A stretch of DNA of 64,000 nt from the NCBI GenBank assembly GCA_964304625.1, contig OZ199838.1:13413945-13477944 (forward strand), read 5' to 3'. A program made the position numbers and the translations under genes. The notes under the pieces were generated by a model that worked only from the letters and a program-made list of their open reading frames with translations, searched no databases and was not told where the DNA came from. Numbering within the stretch: the stretch's first letter is position 1; each line of letters opens with the position of its first letter. This document shows, piece after piece, positions 24,589 through 38,087 of the stretch. The stretch comes from Kudoa neothunni (taxonomy: Eukaryota > Animalia > Cnidaria).

Positions 24589-26537
24589 CAGTCGGTGACC
24601 ACTAATTCGTAATCCCCTCAGTAACGTCTAATTCGTAATGGCTTTGTGTGCGCGCGTGAAAAAAATAACATGAAAATTTTAATTTTATTATTTAATTTTT
24701 AAGGCTTTCTAAAATAATCTGTTATTTTCGATTGTATTTGAATTTTTTCAATATACTCATACACATATGATTCTAATTTAGCTAATTCATCACCTAAAGA
24801 GTAACCAGCACTTTTGAAAATTATTTTCAAATTTTCTACAAAAATTAGAGCATCTTTAGAAGTGAATTTAGGCTCCACAGGTTCGTCCTCTACCTCTTCA
24901 GGATCGCTAACGATTTTCTCGTATGAGATGTTCTCTAAATTATCACATACGGAGAACAAACTTTCTTCGATACCTAATTCGTCGACTTCTTCTAGAGATG
25001 TGGAACTATCTGGAGATAAAATTTTATTGGAATTTTCTGGTTCATTTACGGATGTTTTTAAGCTGAAACCAGATTTGGAAAAACAATTAATAATTGTTTC
25101 AGGAACTAATGAATTCCAAGTATCCTTAATAAGAGTCATTGCTTCCTATAAATCTAGAAGTTTTATATCCAGTCCAAATCCTACACGAAGCGTGTGTCGC
25201 CTCGTTAAGTTTTTCCGGTATGTTGCCTTAAATAAACGAATAACACCTTGATCCATTGGTTGTAGGACCGATGTGATGTTTTTGGGAAAATAGACTAATT
25301 GAACGTTGGAGAGTTCCGTGTGTTGATGGTCATTTGCATTGTCCATAAAAAGAACAATTTTTTTGTTTCTACTTCTGAAAATACTGTTAAGTTTTAACAG
25401 ATAATTTCCAAAAATGCTTGCTGCCATCCAGCCTTTCGTATTGTACTCATAGGGAACTGAAGTAGTATTTATACTTTTAAAGAATCTAGGTCGGGCATGA
25501 TGACCTATCACTAAGGGGTTTAGCTTTTCACCATTCATTGAGACTCCAAGTAGTAATGTAATCCTTTTTTTGACTTTTTACCACAAGACATTATTTTCAA
25601 TAGCAGAAACGTAACTTTTTCCCATAATAATATAGATAAACACTCAAGCAAAAATAATTGATTGTAGAATATTGTATAATTTCGATCATAACGAAAAAAT
25701 AATAAAGTACTCATTTGGCGCCCACAAAATAATCATATTGTGGAAGTAATGCGATTAGAAAAAATTTTTCATTTAATGTATGTAAAAATATCCAATCGAA
25801 ATAAAACTAACCACTTTTAGGAAAAACTCACGAGGCGTTGATTGATAGAACAACGCAGTCTCGTCGATATTGTATATTTGATCCTCTTTATAATTTTCAA
25901 GAATTTTTAGAAGTTGAGTCTTCGATTCGGTGATGATTCCTATGGGTACCATGTTAGCATCGCCATGAAAGCTGACTTTTTTTAAATTGAATCTATTTTT
26001 AAAGACGCGAAACCATCCGTAGCTAACATTTTTGAAATCGTCATCAGAAGCACCGATCTCATTTCTTTTATTAATTATTTCGATGGACGATAATTCGATA
26101 CTTTTCGACCTCATCCAATTGAACCACCCATAAACACGTTGATCGGCTTCTTCATCTTTTCCTTTCCGCATTGATCTTTGTTGGGCTGGAAACAATTGAT
26201 CCTCAAATGATTGTGTAATTTTAGCCCTTTTTTCTAAAATGCCATTTAATGTTAAAATATAACCTATTTTGAAGTGTTCAATAGTTTCCGTCTTTCTATT
26301 AAGGGCGGCAAACTATCATAATATTTCTCTTGAAGCGTTCTGAATTTGTGAATTATTTTTCCGGGCATTTAGAAATAATTACGAATTATCGGTTAATACA
26401 CACTTTTAAAACTTTTTGTTTGACAAAATAAAAAAATAACTCGTACATTTAATTAACAACTCATGATAAACGTTATTTGGCAAATTTAACCGAATGGATA
26501 AAGTTTTAAGGGAAGTTACGAATTATCGGTCATACTG
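24589..26537 (-). mobile_element. pogo/Tigger element 1 with transposase pseudogene
   Basis: TA-flanked TIRs CAGTCGGTGACCACTAATTCGTAA / TTACGAATTATCGGTCATACTG. CENP-B HTH region (SYGWFRVFKNRF), IYNIDETALFY, LFMDNA, PKNITSVLQPMDQGVI and C-terminal QSKITDYF. Confidence 0.85.
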
Positions 26538-28024
26538 TATAAACATTGGAAAATTGAAATATTTTTTATTTTTTCTGTAATATTTTATTGTCAAATGAAT
26601 AAGCAAATAGAAAATTCAATTATTATTGGTTTGATTGTATCTTAGAATCAAAATATTAAAATGTTTAGGCAACTGAGAAATTGATCTTAAAGATATCAAT
26701 TAAGTGATTCCAAAAAATGATTCTATGTTTCCTTAATCAGCTACATAAATATTATTGTTATATTAATAATTACATCAAATACAATCTAACACGAATGAAG
26801 CTTCATGTAAATAATCCGAGAAATTACAATTCAATATTTACCATTAAATAGTTAACCCTTCATAGCTAATCGATATAGTGATGAATCGTCATAATCACGG
26901 TAAGAGTAACTAATTCATTATTGAAACAATAGCAGATGAATTTCGGAAGCTGACATAAAATTCAGCGTATATTTTTTATTTTAGTATTAATGCTCAAAGG
27001 CGATTCTGAACTAATTGAAAAATTCTCTAGTTTAAATGGATAATCCTATAAGCAAAATCCAATGTACAATAGGCGGCGACTCGTGGCCACCTTACATGAT
27101 TTAATGACTTACACAATACTGTTACTAATTAAAATCAATCGAATAAAAGCATGACAATTATAATCAATCAGTGAACCTCAGTTTTTGTTTTACTTAGTTG
27201 TAAATACGAGTTAGCTCAAATTTACGACTCATGGACATCAAGCTTAAGAATAAAGTTGCCCAAATGATGGGTCATAGGTAATTGAAGGGAACCAAGCAGT
27301 TTCGTTCTTTGGAAGATAAAGTGGATATAATTCCATATTACGAAAGAATATCGAATAAGGAAAACAGATAAACTAAAATTCTCCATTATTTTATCTTAAA
27401 ATCTCTATCTGCTATTTATCAATCTATTTACTTTGCACGTTAAATTAAAGATAAAAAGTTTTAAATATTTTTTAATTAAACATCAAATGATGTTAGAACG
27501 TTATAATTAAATGGAACATTGTTTACAAACTTTTAGATTAGTTAAAGTGATTAATACGCCTCATGAGTTTTAAGAACCTATGATTTCTAAAAGAAAATTA
27601 AAACCAATAAAGAAGAAAGTGGAGATGATCGGGTTATTACTGTTTATATCGAATAACGCTGTCGTCAAAAGAACGATAAAATAATTATAATTGATTTTAA
27701 ACTTAACCCTCCGAAGACTTTGGGGTCAAATCGACCCAAAAGTATAATTAAAACCAACATCACTATTTGTGTACTCTTTAAAATTTCTCTATTCTTTTAT
27801 CTATTTTCCTAAATTTTTGTACAGTATATAATAATAAAATTAGGGAGGAAAGTGACCAACAACAATAATATGAAAAAAATGTTTAAAAAGTAAAGAAGTG
27901 ATGCTTTATAAATTCTATCGACTCATTCTTTGGTAAACTGATGATTAATATATCATTTAATCGGTGTTAATATCTTACTATTAATCTCGGATCCTGTTCG
28001 CAAATGATCGTACGAATAAATATA

Positions 28025-29963
28025 CGGTAGAGATTCGATATTGCGTAATTTTTGGGACCAAGGAAAAATTACGCAATAAAAAGGTTTTACGCAATATCGA
28101 GTCACGCACATGCGCACTTGTAAAAATATTCTATTTAAACTTGTTTTGTGCGTTTATCCTACTTTAAATCATTGCTGGTGAAATAAAATAAATATAAGGA
28201 ATTTTATTTAACTCCACCAGACAAAATTATTAATTTTTATGAAAAAATGAAGTAATTTTAGTTTGGTGCCATCTTTGAGATGATATTTTTAAAATTCGAT
28301 CCATTATCGGATGAAGATCGATGAGTCCAGATGGATCTTCCTGAATAAACACCTTCCTTAATGTACTTACGGCATGCTTTATATCTTTTATTGGAACTTT
28401 TGGTTCTTCCTCATCAGATTCGATTTCATTCTGAATTGGATTCACTGTTGATAGTAAGACATCGCCGTTATCATCATCAAATTTGGTCTCCCATGTTTCC
28501 TCCTCGACTATAAAAATATTAAAATTTTATCATTTGTTTCCGTCTCTGTATCTCCTATGATAATGGATTAATTTTTGACGCTCGCATTAGCTTTTACTTT
28601 CGCTAAATATGCCAGACATTTTAAAACAGTTGACAATAATTTCAGGCGGAATACTGTTCCATGCTTCTTGGAGTGTCAAAATTGCATTAAGTAATGTAAA
28701 TTTATTATTTAACGAATCATCACATAATGCCATATGGCTACACAATATTTTTTTATATCTACTTTTAAGACAATTAATCACTCCGAGATCGAGTGGATGT
28801 AAAACACTTGTAGTATTTTTAGGTAAGAAGAGAAACTTTACTAAAGCAAGTGATATCTTTGGGACGTACTGGACATTGGTCCAGCAAGATTAGTACTTTT
28901 CGTTGTTCTGATTTCATTTTAAAATTTAATTTTTTCATTATCTGGAAAAAAATAGCAGAGGTCACCCAATAATTTTTTGGGGCATAATACTCAAGGTAAA
29001 TTTTTTACCCCCTTGAAGTACCTGGGGTTATGGTATTTCCCAATTACGACTAAGGGCTCCTTTTCTCCGCTTAAAGAGCACGATACCAAAATCGTTATTC
29101 TTTTCTTCGATAGCTTTTTACCTTTAATGTCATTTTCTTCTTTTAATAAATAGCTACTGTTCTGTAATTGCTCATAAAACAAACCAGTTTCGTCAATATT
29201 GATTATTTTTTTTGGGCTATATATGCTTATCAAATTTTTATTTTCATAGATCCACGAATCAATAGACGCGACGTTAGCGCTCGCAGCCTCACCATGAAAA
29301 TGCTTGAAAATGATTCCAAACCTTTTTTTAAACCTCGCTAGCCAACCCCTATTTGCTTTAAAATTTTGAACTTCATTCTTTCTGGCAATTATGGTGGCCA
29401 TTCCAAGTATTACGTCACCAGAAATAATGTGACCATTGGTGCGTTTTTTGATAAACCATTGATAAACTTCTTCGTCTATGTTGATAAATCCTCCATTTGA
29501 ATGCCCCTTCCTACTTCCTGCAACATCAGAATTTTTCAGCTTGGTTTCATGAGAAAGAATTCTGTCAAGCGTTGAATGTCCTTTAAGAAATAAATTGTTA
29601 TCGATTAAAAATAATCATACCACTAAGTTTAAACTTTTCAACCGTCATTTTCTTTGCGCCCTTTATTGATTTTATTGAATTGTATTATTCTAATTTTCTC
29701 AGAAATTTCACGCCGCTCCCTAGACATATTGAAGATGAAACCACGCAATATCGAGCCACGTTGATAATTTACGTTACGCAATATAAAGGTTTTACGCAAT
29801 ACTAAATCAGAGGCACATAGAAAAAATATGTTTTTATTCTATATTATTAATTTAATAAATAAAGTAATGATACAACTCTAAAATTAAGTCCCAATGTAAA
29901 TATCTTCATATCGAAAATCTTAAATTACGCAATACCGAATCACGCGATATCCAATCTCGACTG
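28025..29963 (-). mobile_element. pogo/Tigger element 2 with an intron-containing transposase pseudogene
   Basis: TA-flanked TIRs CGGTAGAGATTCGATATTGCGT / ACGCGATATCCAATCTCGACTG. Motifs FKANRGWLARFKKRF, INIDETGLFY, LPKNTTSVLHPLDLGVI, QTKITSFF. A 40-nt GT-AG intron lies at 29620-29581. Confidence 0.85.
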
Positions 29964-30290
29964 TATATAAAAGAGGACTGTCGGTGTGTTTGTTTGTGTG
30001 TGTGTGTGTATGCCCCTAAGTACGCATGTGCGGATAATTTTTTCCTTATAGAGAGCCATATATAAAATTTTTATAAATTTGCGATATTTAAACAAATTGT
30101 TTAATTGTTTTCGGACTACGAAAGTTTCCAAAAAGTATTTATGAAATAGTGATTTTGTCGATTTAAAGTTTGTTTTTCGGATTAAATGAGTTCAACGATA
30201 GGATTAGCACTTGCTTATTTCATGGTTATGATCGGTTGAAGTTTACTATCTCCCTTATATGCTCCATCATATGTTCATTAACTGCTTCTA

Positions 30291-31102
30291 TCTATCTTTA
30301 TATATAAGGTTGGCGTTTCTATTCGGGTGTCTGTTTAAACACACTCCTTATTTGCGGAGTTTAACGTATATGACTTGATAAGTATATTTTGTAAGTTCTA
30401 TTAATGGTTTTCAATGTGATAAAAAATCTATATGTTTTATAAATAACGAATTTGTGCAGAACGTTAAAGTTACATTGATTGAAGCGTTATAATGGAAATA
30501 CTGCGTTCATAGGTTTCATTAAATTGTCCGCTAAGTTTTACTTTACATGATTAAATTCAATGCAAATGGTTGTACTTTTATTTCACCAAATTATTTAAAC
30601 TGTTTATGATAAAAGCGCATGTATGTTTATGCCGAGTTAAACATGCTAATTTTAACAATATCGGTTAATTTTCGTAAGTTTTCTTCTCTCTTTTATTTTT
30701 TCAATTTTTTATCTCTTAAAAAGTTAGTGGTGCACACAGTTACCGATCCGGGCCAGAATTCGACTTTTAAAAATCCTCCGGGCCAAAAAATAACGTTTTA
30801 GATAACACTTTAACGGGATTTAAATAATTCGGAATGAAAAAAATACAACGCTGACCTTAACTTGTTTAGCGTTGGGGCCGAGCCACGAAATTTTTAAATG
30901 GACACAGGGATTGATACTTTCCTTCACAGAAATTATCATAATTTAAATTGCATAATCCAAATCGTTATAGTAAGTTGCTTAAAATTTTTTAGTTATTTTG
31001 TTTTTATGGGTTAATTCGAGATTTCAATATATTTTTTGAATGCTATTAAAAAATGCCTCTAGGCGAAATCTTCCCCAAGCAACGCTGGGCAGTCCGCGCT
31101 AG
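30291..31102 (+). mobile_element. Non-autonomous Helitron
   Basis: 5' end A|TCTATCTTTATATATAAG. 3' GC-rich hairpin CCCAAGCAACGCTGGG followed by GCTAG|T. No TSD. Confidence 0.65.
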
Positions 31103-32239
31103 TTAGAAATAATTTCTAAAAAATAATCCGAGAACATTCAATCCTTATGTTATTACTTTATTCGTAAATATTTAATTTTATTTTTTGTCAGATATGAATA
31201 CATAATTAAACGTGAAAAATATTTTATTACTTTTGCGACCCCCTTTCACAGAGAAAAAGTGTCTTGGATCGTTAACTATTAATTTAGTTTGTTGGAAAAA
31301 CTATAATAAATTATACCTGTAAAAATTATGTGTTTTCCAGCAATTAACTGAATAAGAAAAAATTAAAAGCCTTTATTTATAATTCTACAACATTTTACCT
31401 TATTATTTCCCAAAAATTTTACAAAAATGCAAGTTTTAAATAAGGAAGAGATACATGAATGATTTTAGTGCCTTGTGGCTCTTGAAAATTGGGGCAACCT
31501 TAAAGTTGGTTCCCGATCTTGGCAATTCTAGCCACCCTGTTATATAGAGACAACTATTGAGAAATGTAACTGCCCCTTCCGACTTAGTATGAAATTACCA
31601 TATTGTTATATTTTTTTATGCGAAGAAAAACAATCTTTCACGTTTTGACAAATGCCTCCGCTTAAAGAGATGGACGAAAGAGTATTTTAGTGAAAATTCT
31701 AGATTGGCACAAAATGTTAATGAAGAAAATGATTTGATTGTTATCAATTCTTTGCCAAATACTATTATTTATTCTGAGCACAAAAAATTCAATGGTGCTA
31801 CTAAATTAATGTAAGACATTGCTGCGACAATTTCGGAAAAACTGGTTCTAATTATGATTATTGGATCAAAGAAATAAGAAAATTGGTGAAGTTCATTGAG
31901 AATGACGAAAAAGTTAGAATTCAAAATTTGATGACACGTTCTACGGACCAAACATTAAATGCACTATATGAAGATATGCCTGTAACTGGACCTTTAAGTA
32001 CTTGTCTTATGACACACTAAATGTTAGTAATATTTTCAGTAGATTGTGAATCTCGAATAAAAGTATACGAAAATTCCACCAAGTAACACATGAATTAAAT
32101 TGTAATTATTATTCTCACAATAGAAAACCAATATAATATTGAGGAATCATCGCCGCGTTATCTTGAAATTAGAAAAATCTCAGGTAAAGCGATTTACATA
32201 GCATTTTTAATTGAAGACATTAGAAATGGTTTCAATTTC

Positions 32240-32763
32240 AAAAATAAAACGCAGAGGTCGTCCAAAAGATTAATCAAATACAGTAATTCGAATAAAAAGA
32301 TCAAATGTGTTTTCAAAGTAATTTTTAAATCTTACAGAGAAACAAAAACTTTCTAGCATTTAAAATATATTTTTCCAATTTGTAATAATTAAAAGAAATT
32401 CCTGGTTGGTTCCTTGATAAGGAGATAGTTGATTAAGTATTGACAGGTGATGCAATCGCCGAAGAGAATGAGGTCGAGGTTTATTCCGATGATGTGTGTG
32501 ATGCGATCCTAGAATCCAGAATAAACATTGAAACAATCTATCCTAATTTTTTGGAGGACTCAATTTTTAACATAAATACTATAATAGCAAACAAGAAAGC
32601 TACTGGTTACAAATGCGCCGTCTGTAAGAAAACGTTCAATATAAATGACAAATCCATAGGCCGTGATATATTTCTTCAGTGGGGCCATTTCAAATGTCAA
32701 CGCATTAAAGCGAGTCCATCATCTAAGTATTGGAGTTGTTCGGAGTGTAGATCACAAAAATGA
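32240..32763 (+). pseudogene. C-terminal relic of a MULE-type transposase with a PHD finger
   Basis: KRRGRPK motif near 32245-32268 and a degenerate PHD finger CAVC...W.HFKC...WSCSEC. Confidence 0.55.
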
Positions 32764-33269
32764 GAGTAAGAGACATTATGATGATATCTTCTCTTTATTG
32801 ATTCACATGTTATTAAGATGTCTATGGTTCGTTGTGATATCCAATATTATCCCTTTGAATAAAAATTTATGTTAAGTAAATTATGAAATGATTCGATTTT
32901 CGGGTATTGTTTTAATGATTCAAATTTTATGCTGCATCTGATATGGGGAACACTTAGTAATGAATAATATAAAAATCTAAAGTTCAACATTTTTTAGCTG
33001 AATTATCAATAAGTAGTTGTATATCCAGATTTTTCAAACAATATTTTAATTATGGATTAAAGTATTGTTGATGGATGATCATATACCAACATGTTTGTTG
33101 GGAACATAACATTTCAACTAATATTGTCAAAATTCCACTTTAAATACAAACTCTAAATAAGTGAGTATATAAATAATCATACTTTATTGGTGTTCAATTA
33201 AGATATAAATTACAAAATTATAGATAATGTTGAAAAAATAATAAACTTTTCATTAAATACTACAATTAA

Positions 33270-34330
33270 ATGGTTCAATACAGAGTTTATCGTCAACAAA
33301 AGTCAACATTGGACTCGAGCGCTCTTTAAAGTTTTGAGTTAAGGAGAATTAATACAACGATTTGGATCCGCATAAAAAAGTTTATAACTATAAATAATAT
33401 GTTTATATTAGTGAATGTATTACATCATAGACTTATCACGGGTTTATTATACCAACAACTTATTGTGTTGTATGCAGATATAATAGATATTCTGATGATA
33501 AAATTTACAAGAAAAATCATTTCAAAATTAAAAATGAATCTATTGGTAAATTTATCATTTATCGTGTTAACTTACAAGAATAATGATGTTTTACTTCTCC
33601 TAAGTAAACTCATTTAATACATGTTTCTAAGGACCTACAGCCATCATTTTCTACATATTAATATATAATTCACTATAGTTATTTATAGTTATTTATAGGG
33701 GAACTTTATTTAAAACAGATTGCTGCAACAACGAAAACTCGAATTTGTACGGGCAAATGACACTTTCTTTAATGAATGATTCATCATTTCATGTAATCAC
33801 AAAAAAATTTACTCATGTTAATATACTCACTCAAAATTCAAGCAGTATTATACACACATAATTATAATTTTTGATCAACGAGAAGCGCACCCAAAAATGC
33901 TCGAGAATCTAGAATTTATAAAATTGTTATTTTTACGTTTAAATTCAAAGAGTTAATTGCAGCCATCAGACTGAGAAATAATCCACAGTCTCAAATCTTG
34001 TTACAGAAACATTTGTATTAACATTACTATCTCTTTCTGAAGCCCCCATGAATCCAAGTACACATTGCTTGAGTAAATGCCTTCACTAAAAATAGTCCAA
34101 GACGACGTTTCATCCTATACAATAATAGAATGTTGCAGAAAGTCTGGAGTTTTAAGTAATCATTTCTGCAATGTTTTAATCATCGCGAATATGATTTATT
34201 AAACAGGTGAGAATTTGAGAACACCCAATAAAATCAGCTGTGATCGTAATGATAAAGGTGAACTTAAAGAAATGTGTACAGAAATAATAATTTTAGCCAA
34301 AGTCATAATGAAATTAATATAGTAAATGAT
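33270..34330 (-). pseudogene. Possible VPS10/sortilin-like degenerate sequence
   Basis: 34111-34040 translates ETSSWTIFSEGIYSSNVYLDSWGL, resembling sortilin SWT..LEG......LDSGG. An ag|ENDGCRSLET Asp-box-like exon sits near 33650. Many stops. Confidence 0.3.
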
Positions 34331-34393
34331 ATAAAGAAAATTAGATAACAAGTAAATCTTTAGATATCTCAAGTAGATTAGAATGTTATATGG

Positions 34394-35395
34394 CATGGGT
34401 CGGCAACCTGCGGCCCGCCAATCATTGACTGGTGCTCCAATCCGCCGAGGACAGATAGCATATCGGTGTGACACTCGGACTCAGAACCTTGAGATAATGG
34501 GTTCGAATCGGCTGGGGGGTCAGATTACTGCTTCCGTGTCGGTGGGTCTCTATCCCATATTTGGGAGCTGTGGTTAAAATGTACGCTCGCTGTGGAGTGG
34601 GGTGCACTGGCAGCCAGATTCGTGTGAATAGGAGTTTTATCTCCCCGAACACATCGAAAGGAAAGTAATTTTCAGCCCACACAGAGTCAACGTCCTTAAA
34701 AGGATAGGATTTGGGGTGGTGGTTGCCCTGAGACGAGGATGTTTAATGGATTAAAGTCCCACATCACTGCATAAAGATAAGGGCGGGGGTTCAGGTTACG
34801 TCCTGCGATGCCTTAAGCGTTAATGGAAGGGGTCTGACCGATCAGAATTCCACAACCTAACAAGTTGCGCCAGGGGTTTTACCTTGTAAGCAAAAAAAAA
34901 ATCATTGACTGTACAAAAATTTTTTCTTAATATCTTAAATACCTAAATGATTTTTAAGTTTTTTCTATATGGTTTCTGGGTGTTAATATGTTGTCGATAT
35001 AAACATTTTGGCCAACTAAAATTCATTCTCATTAAATTGGAAACCCGGAATAAATATGACTGTTATAATAACGTTAAAATTATTTTTATACAAGTAAAAT
35101 ATATTTTTAAAAAGGCGTATAGGTACATCTCATGTTTGATATCGTCCAATAAATCGTTCTTTCATAAGTTAAGCACGAGTTGATTTCATTGGAAGTGAAA
35201 ATCATTAGAATATAATACTATTGATTTGACGTACTGTTAACTTTAAAAGACTTCTATGAATTCTTATTTATGTATTTAAACCTAAAATTTTAACTATGAA
35301 TAATTTAAAATTTGTTATGGGTTAATTTTAATAGGGGCCGCACTAGAGTTAGGATGTCTGTCCGGTCCGTCACTCAAAAAGGTGGCTGACCTCTA
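34394..35395. mobile_element. hAT (Charlie-type) MITE hosting SINE copy 2
   Basis: Ends CATGGGTCGGCAACCTGCGGCCCGC and AAGGTGGCTGACCTCTA, with GGGCCGCA subterminal motifs. The TSD is not preserved. Confidence 0.6.
34432..34899 (+). mobile_element. tRNA-derived SINE, copy 2
   Basis: A box TAGCATATCGG, B box GGTTCGAATC, poly-A tail and a 12-bp TSD AATCATTGACTG (34420-34431 / 34900-34911). Confidence 0.9.
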
Positions 35396-35409
35396 TTATG
35401 ACTTATAAG

Positions 35410-37488
35410 TAGGGTTGGAAATTTTCGATTTAAATCGATTTAAACCGTCGAATTTGCAAAAATGGGAAGGAAACGACGTGGAATAACCAATTATTTATTG
35501 GAATCAAGTGATTTAGAAGCTGCTGGTGATGTACTAATATGTAGATATTGCAAAGTGTTGATACCTACGAATCAAAATAGAATACAGGAGCACGTTAATT
35601 CTCAAAAACATTGTTTCATCAAGTCGAATTTGTCGAAAATAAACCATCTAACTAATATATTTTATCGAGACACGGCGAATTTCAAATAAAATAGAAATAG
35701 ATATGATTAAAATAGTTGTTTTTGATGACCTCCCATTTTCTTCGATTAATAAAGAAAGCAATCTAACGAAATTTATTTCTGCGTATTGTCCTGCGTCACG
35801 GCCGCTATCTGAAGGAAAATATTTAGTTGAAAAGCATCTTCCAACGATATATAAGGAAGCCGTGACCACTATTAAACTAATGATGTCTGATTTACGTTTT
35901 AGTTTAATAATTGACGAGTCCTCAGATGCTAAAAACCGACCAATTAATTTTTAACACTTTGGTCTGCTTCCGTGATAGTTCCTCAGATATACGCAAAACT
36001 ATTGTTAGATTCTTCGAGACGTATACAATGTAATTCTGTTATTGTTGCTAGCCATTTGTCTGAAATTCTAAAACGACATGATTTGGATTGGAAAAATTGT
36101 ATCGCTATTATTTCCGACTCGGCATCTTACATGAAAAAATATTATATCGAATTGAAAGTTATGTGTCCTCATATCGTCAGAATCTCTTGTTTTTTCACAT
36201 ATTATTCATGGAGCTGTTCAAAAAGCTGTCGACCTTTACTTTAAGGGTGTTAGAAATTTATGCATGAAATTTTCATCCCTACTGTCAAAAATAGTAAAGC
36301 GAAACATTCTTTTTTGATACACCTTAAAAATAATAATTTTGATAGTTTCAAAGAAATTCCGAGAGTATTAGATATACGGTGGTATAGTTTCTTTAATTGC
36401 ATAAAACAAGTAAAGGGGTATTACCCAGCAGTTATCGACTTTTTAAAAGATATAAAAGGAGATAAATTTGGAGCAAAACTTAATGAATTTTTATTTTTCT
36501 TTAAATATTTTAATCGATGCACTTACTCCATGTTAGGGCTTCCAGATGGTTCTAGTTTAACATAGAATACACTGAAAGCTTCTATAACAATCTATCATCG
36601 GCCTAGATGTTTCTAGAACATTCTGGATTCTAAATTCCATATATAAACAGCTTTGTAGATATACATATAGTGATATTAATAACAATGGTGTCTTGTCTTA
36701 ACACTCCATTATTTGATTTTTAAAAAATAATTGAAACCGAAGAGAATTGATCTCGAAAATTTGTGACTGGATAAAGAACGATTTTGGAATCGACAAGAAC
36801 TATTTGCTAAAAAATCACAAGGACATTATCGGTCTCGTTCCATTTCAATGTAGAGGTAATCTTCTAATTAAAGATGAACATTTATGCGACAAAATTATTA
36901 ATGAACTAAAATGTTCAATATCTAAAAATCTAAATGAGTGTTTACCCTCAAATACATTTTTGAAACTGTGAATAATCTCGATTCAAACGCTATAATTTCA
37001 ATTGAACGTTTGAATGTTGATGATCTTTGTTACTTTTTACAGATTGAAGACAGGCAACAACTTAAGAATGAATTCGATTTGTTATGTAAAGAGGCGAAAG
37101 ATTTAACAAGATCAGTCGATCCTAACTTTTGGAAAACGCGATCAAATGTTTTACCTCAACTTTCAATACTTTGTCAGGATATATTGACTCTGTCAGTGTC
37201 ATCAATCAATGTTGAAAGGAGTTTCTCAAAACTCCGATACTTTTTCGGAAAAGAAAGAATAAATTTAGGTGATGATCGCCTTACAATGTTGGCGATGCTA
37301 AATTTCAATGGTTCATCATAATTATTTTAATTCACGATTATCGAATCTATTTTGTTTTCTTTTTATTCAGAGTTTTTCTTTCTTTAAATATAAGTCGATA
37401 AAAATCAATTTTTCAAGTTTTATTTATATATAAGTCGACAAATACCGTCGATTTACAGAAAAATAAACGTCGAAAATTTCCAACACTA
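35410..37488 (+). mobile_element. hAT element with transposase pseudogene (35462-37321)
   Basis: TIRs TAGGGTTGGAAATTTTCGA / TCGAAAATTTCCAACACTA and an 8-bp TSD CTTATAAG / CTTCTAAG. Zn finger CRYC...H....H, IIDESSD, ISDSASYM, IRWYS and dimerisation motif SVSSINVERSFS. Confidence 0.9.
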
Positions 37489-38087
37489 CTTCTAAGGTAT
37501 CTCAAACTTCAGCTGATCTGGTTGAATCAAAATATTCAAAAAATACTAAAAAAAGTATTCCTTAAACTTTGGGAAACTGAGAATTGTTTTATCCAAAATT
37601 CACCACGTTATTTACCATGAAAATCCGTCTGACTTAGAGAAATTATAACTTTTTGTGGGCACAATTTGGGACATCATTAAATAAAATGAAAAAAACAATA
37701 AAATAAATGATTATTTCCAAAATGGAGAGAGAGGGCTTAAAAATATTTTTTTACTTTTGTACAAGTGTACATTCGATGTATGTTTACTGCACACCATTTG
37801 TCGAATCTCCCAAAAAGAGTGCAATAACCAATGTTGACTGTATATATCAACTGGTTGGTTTGATAGAAATGTTGTTGACATGAAAATAATGAGATGACTA
37901 CAAAGAATGCACTACTCGTCCAACAGAAAACCGCATATTTAGCGCACAGAAACAACATTAAAAATAATAAACCAATAAATTTGGATAGCAACGAAACAAT
38001 GCAATTCAAGTTAGTTATATAATACAAAAGATATAAGCCAGGTTGATGATTGTCATATTAGCATAACCACCATGAGGACTTGAAGAT

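Noticed and set aside
34199-34682. Short ORFs overlapping SINE copy 2
   Set aside because: Chance ORFs in GC-rich SINE and MITE sequence, not conserved in copy 1.
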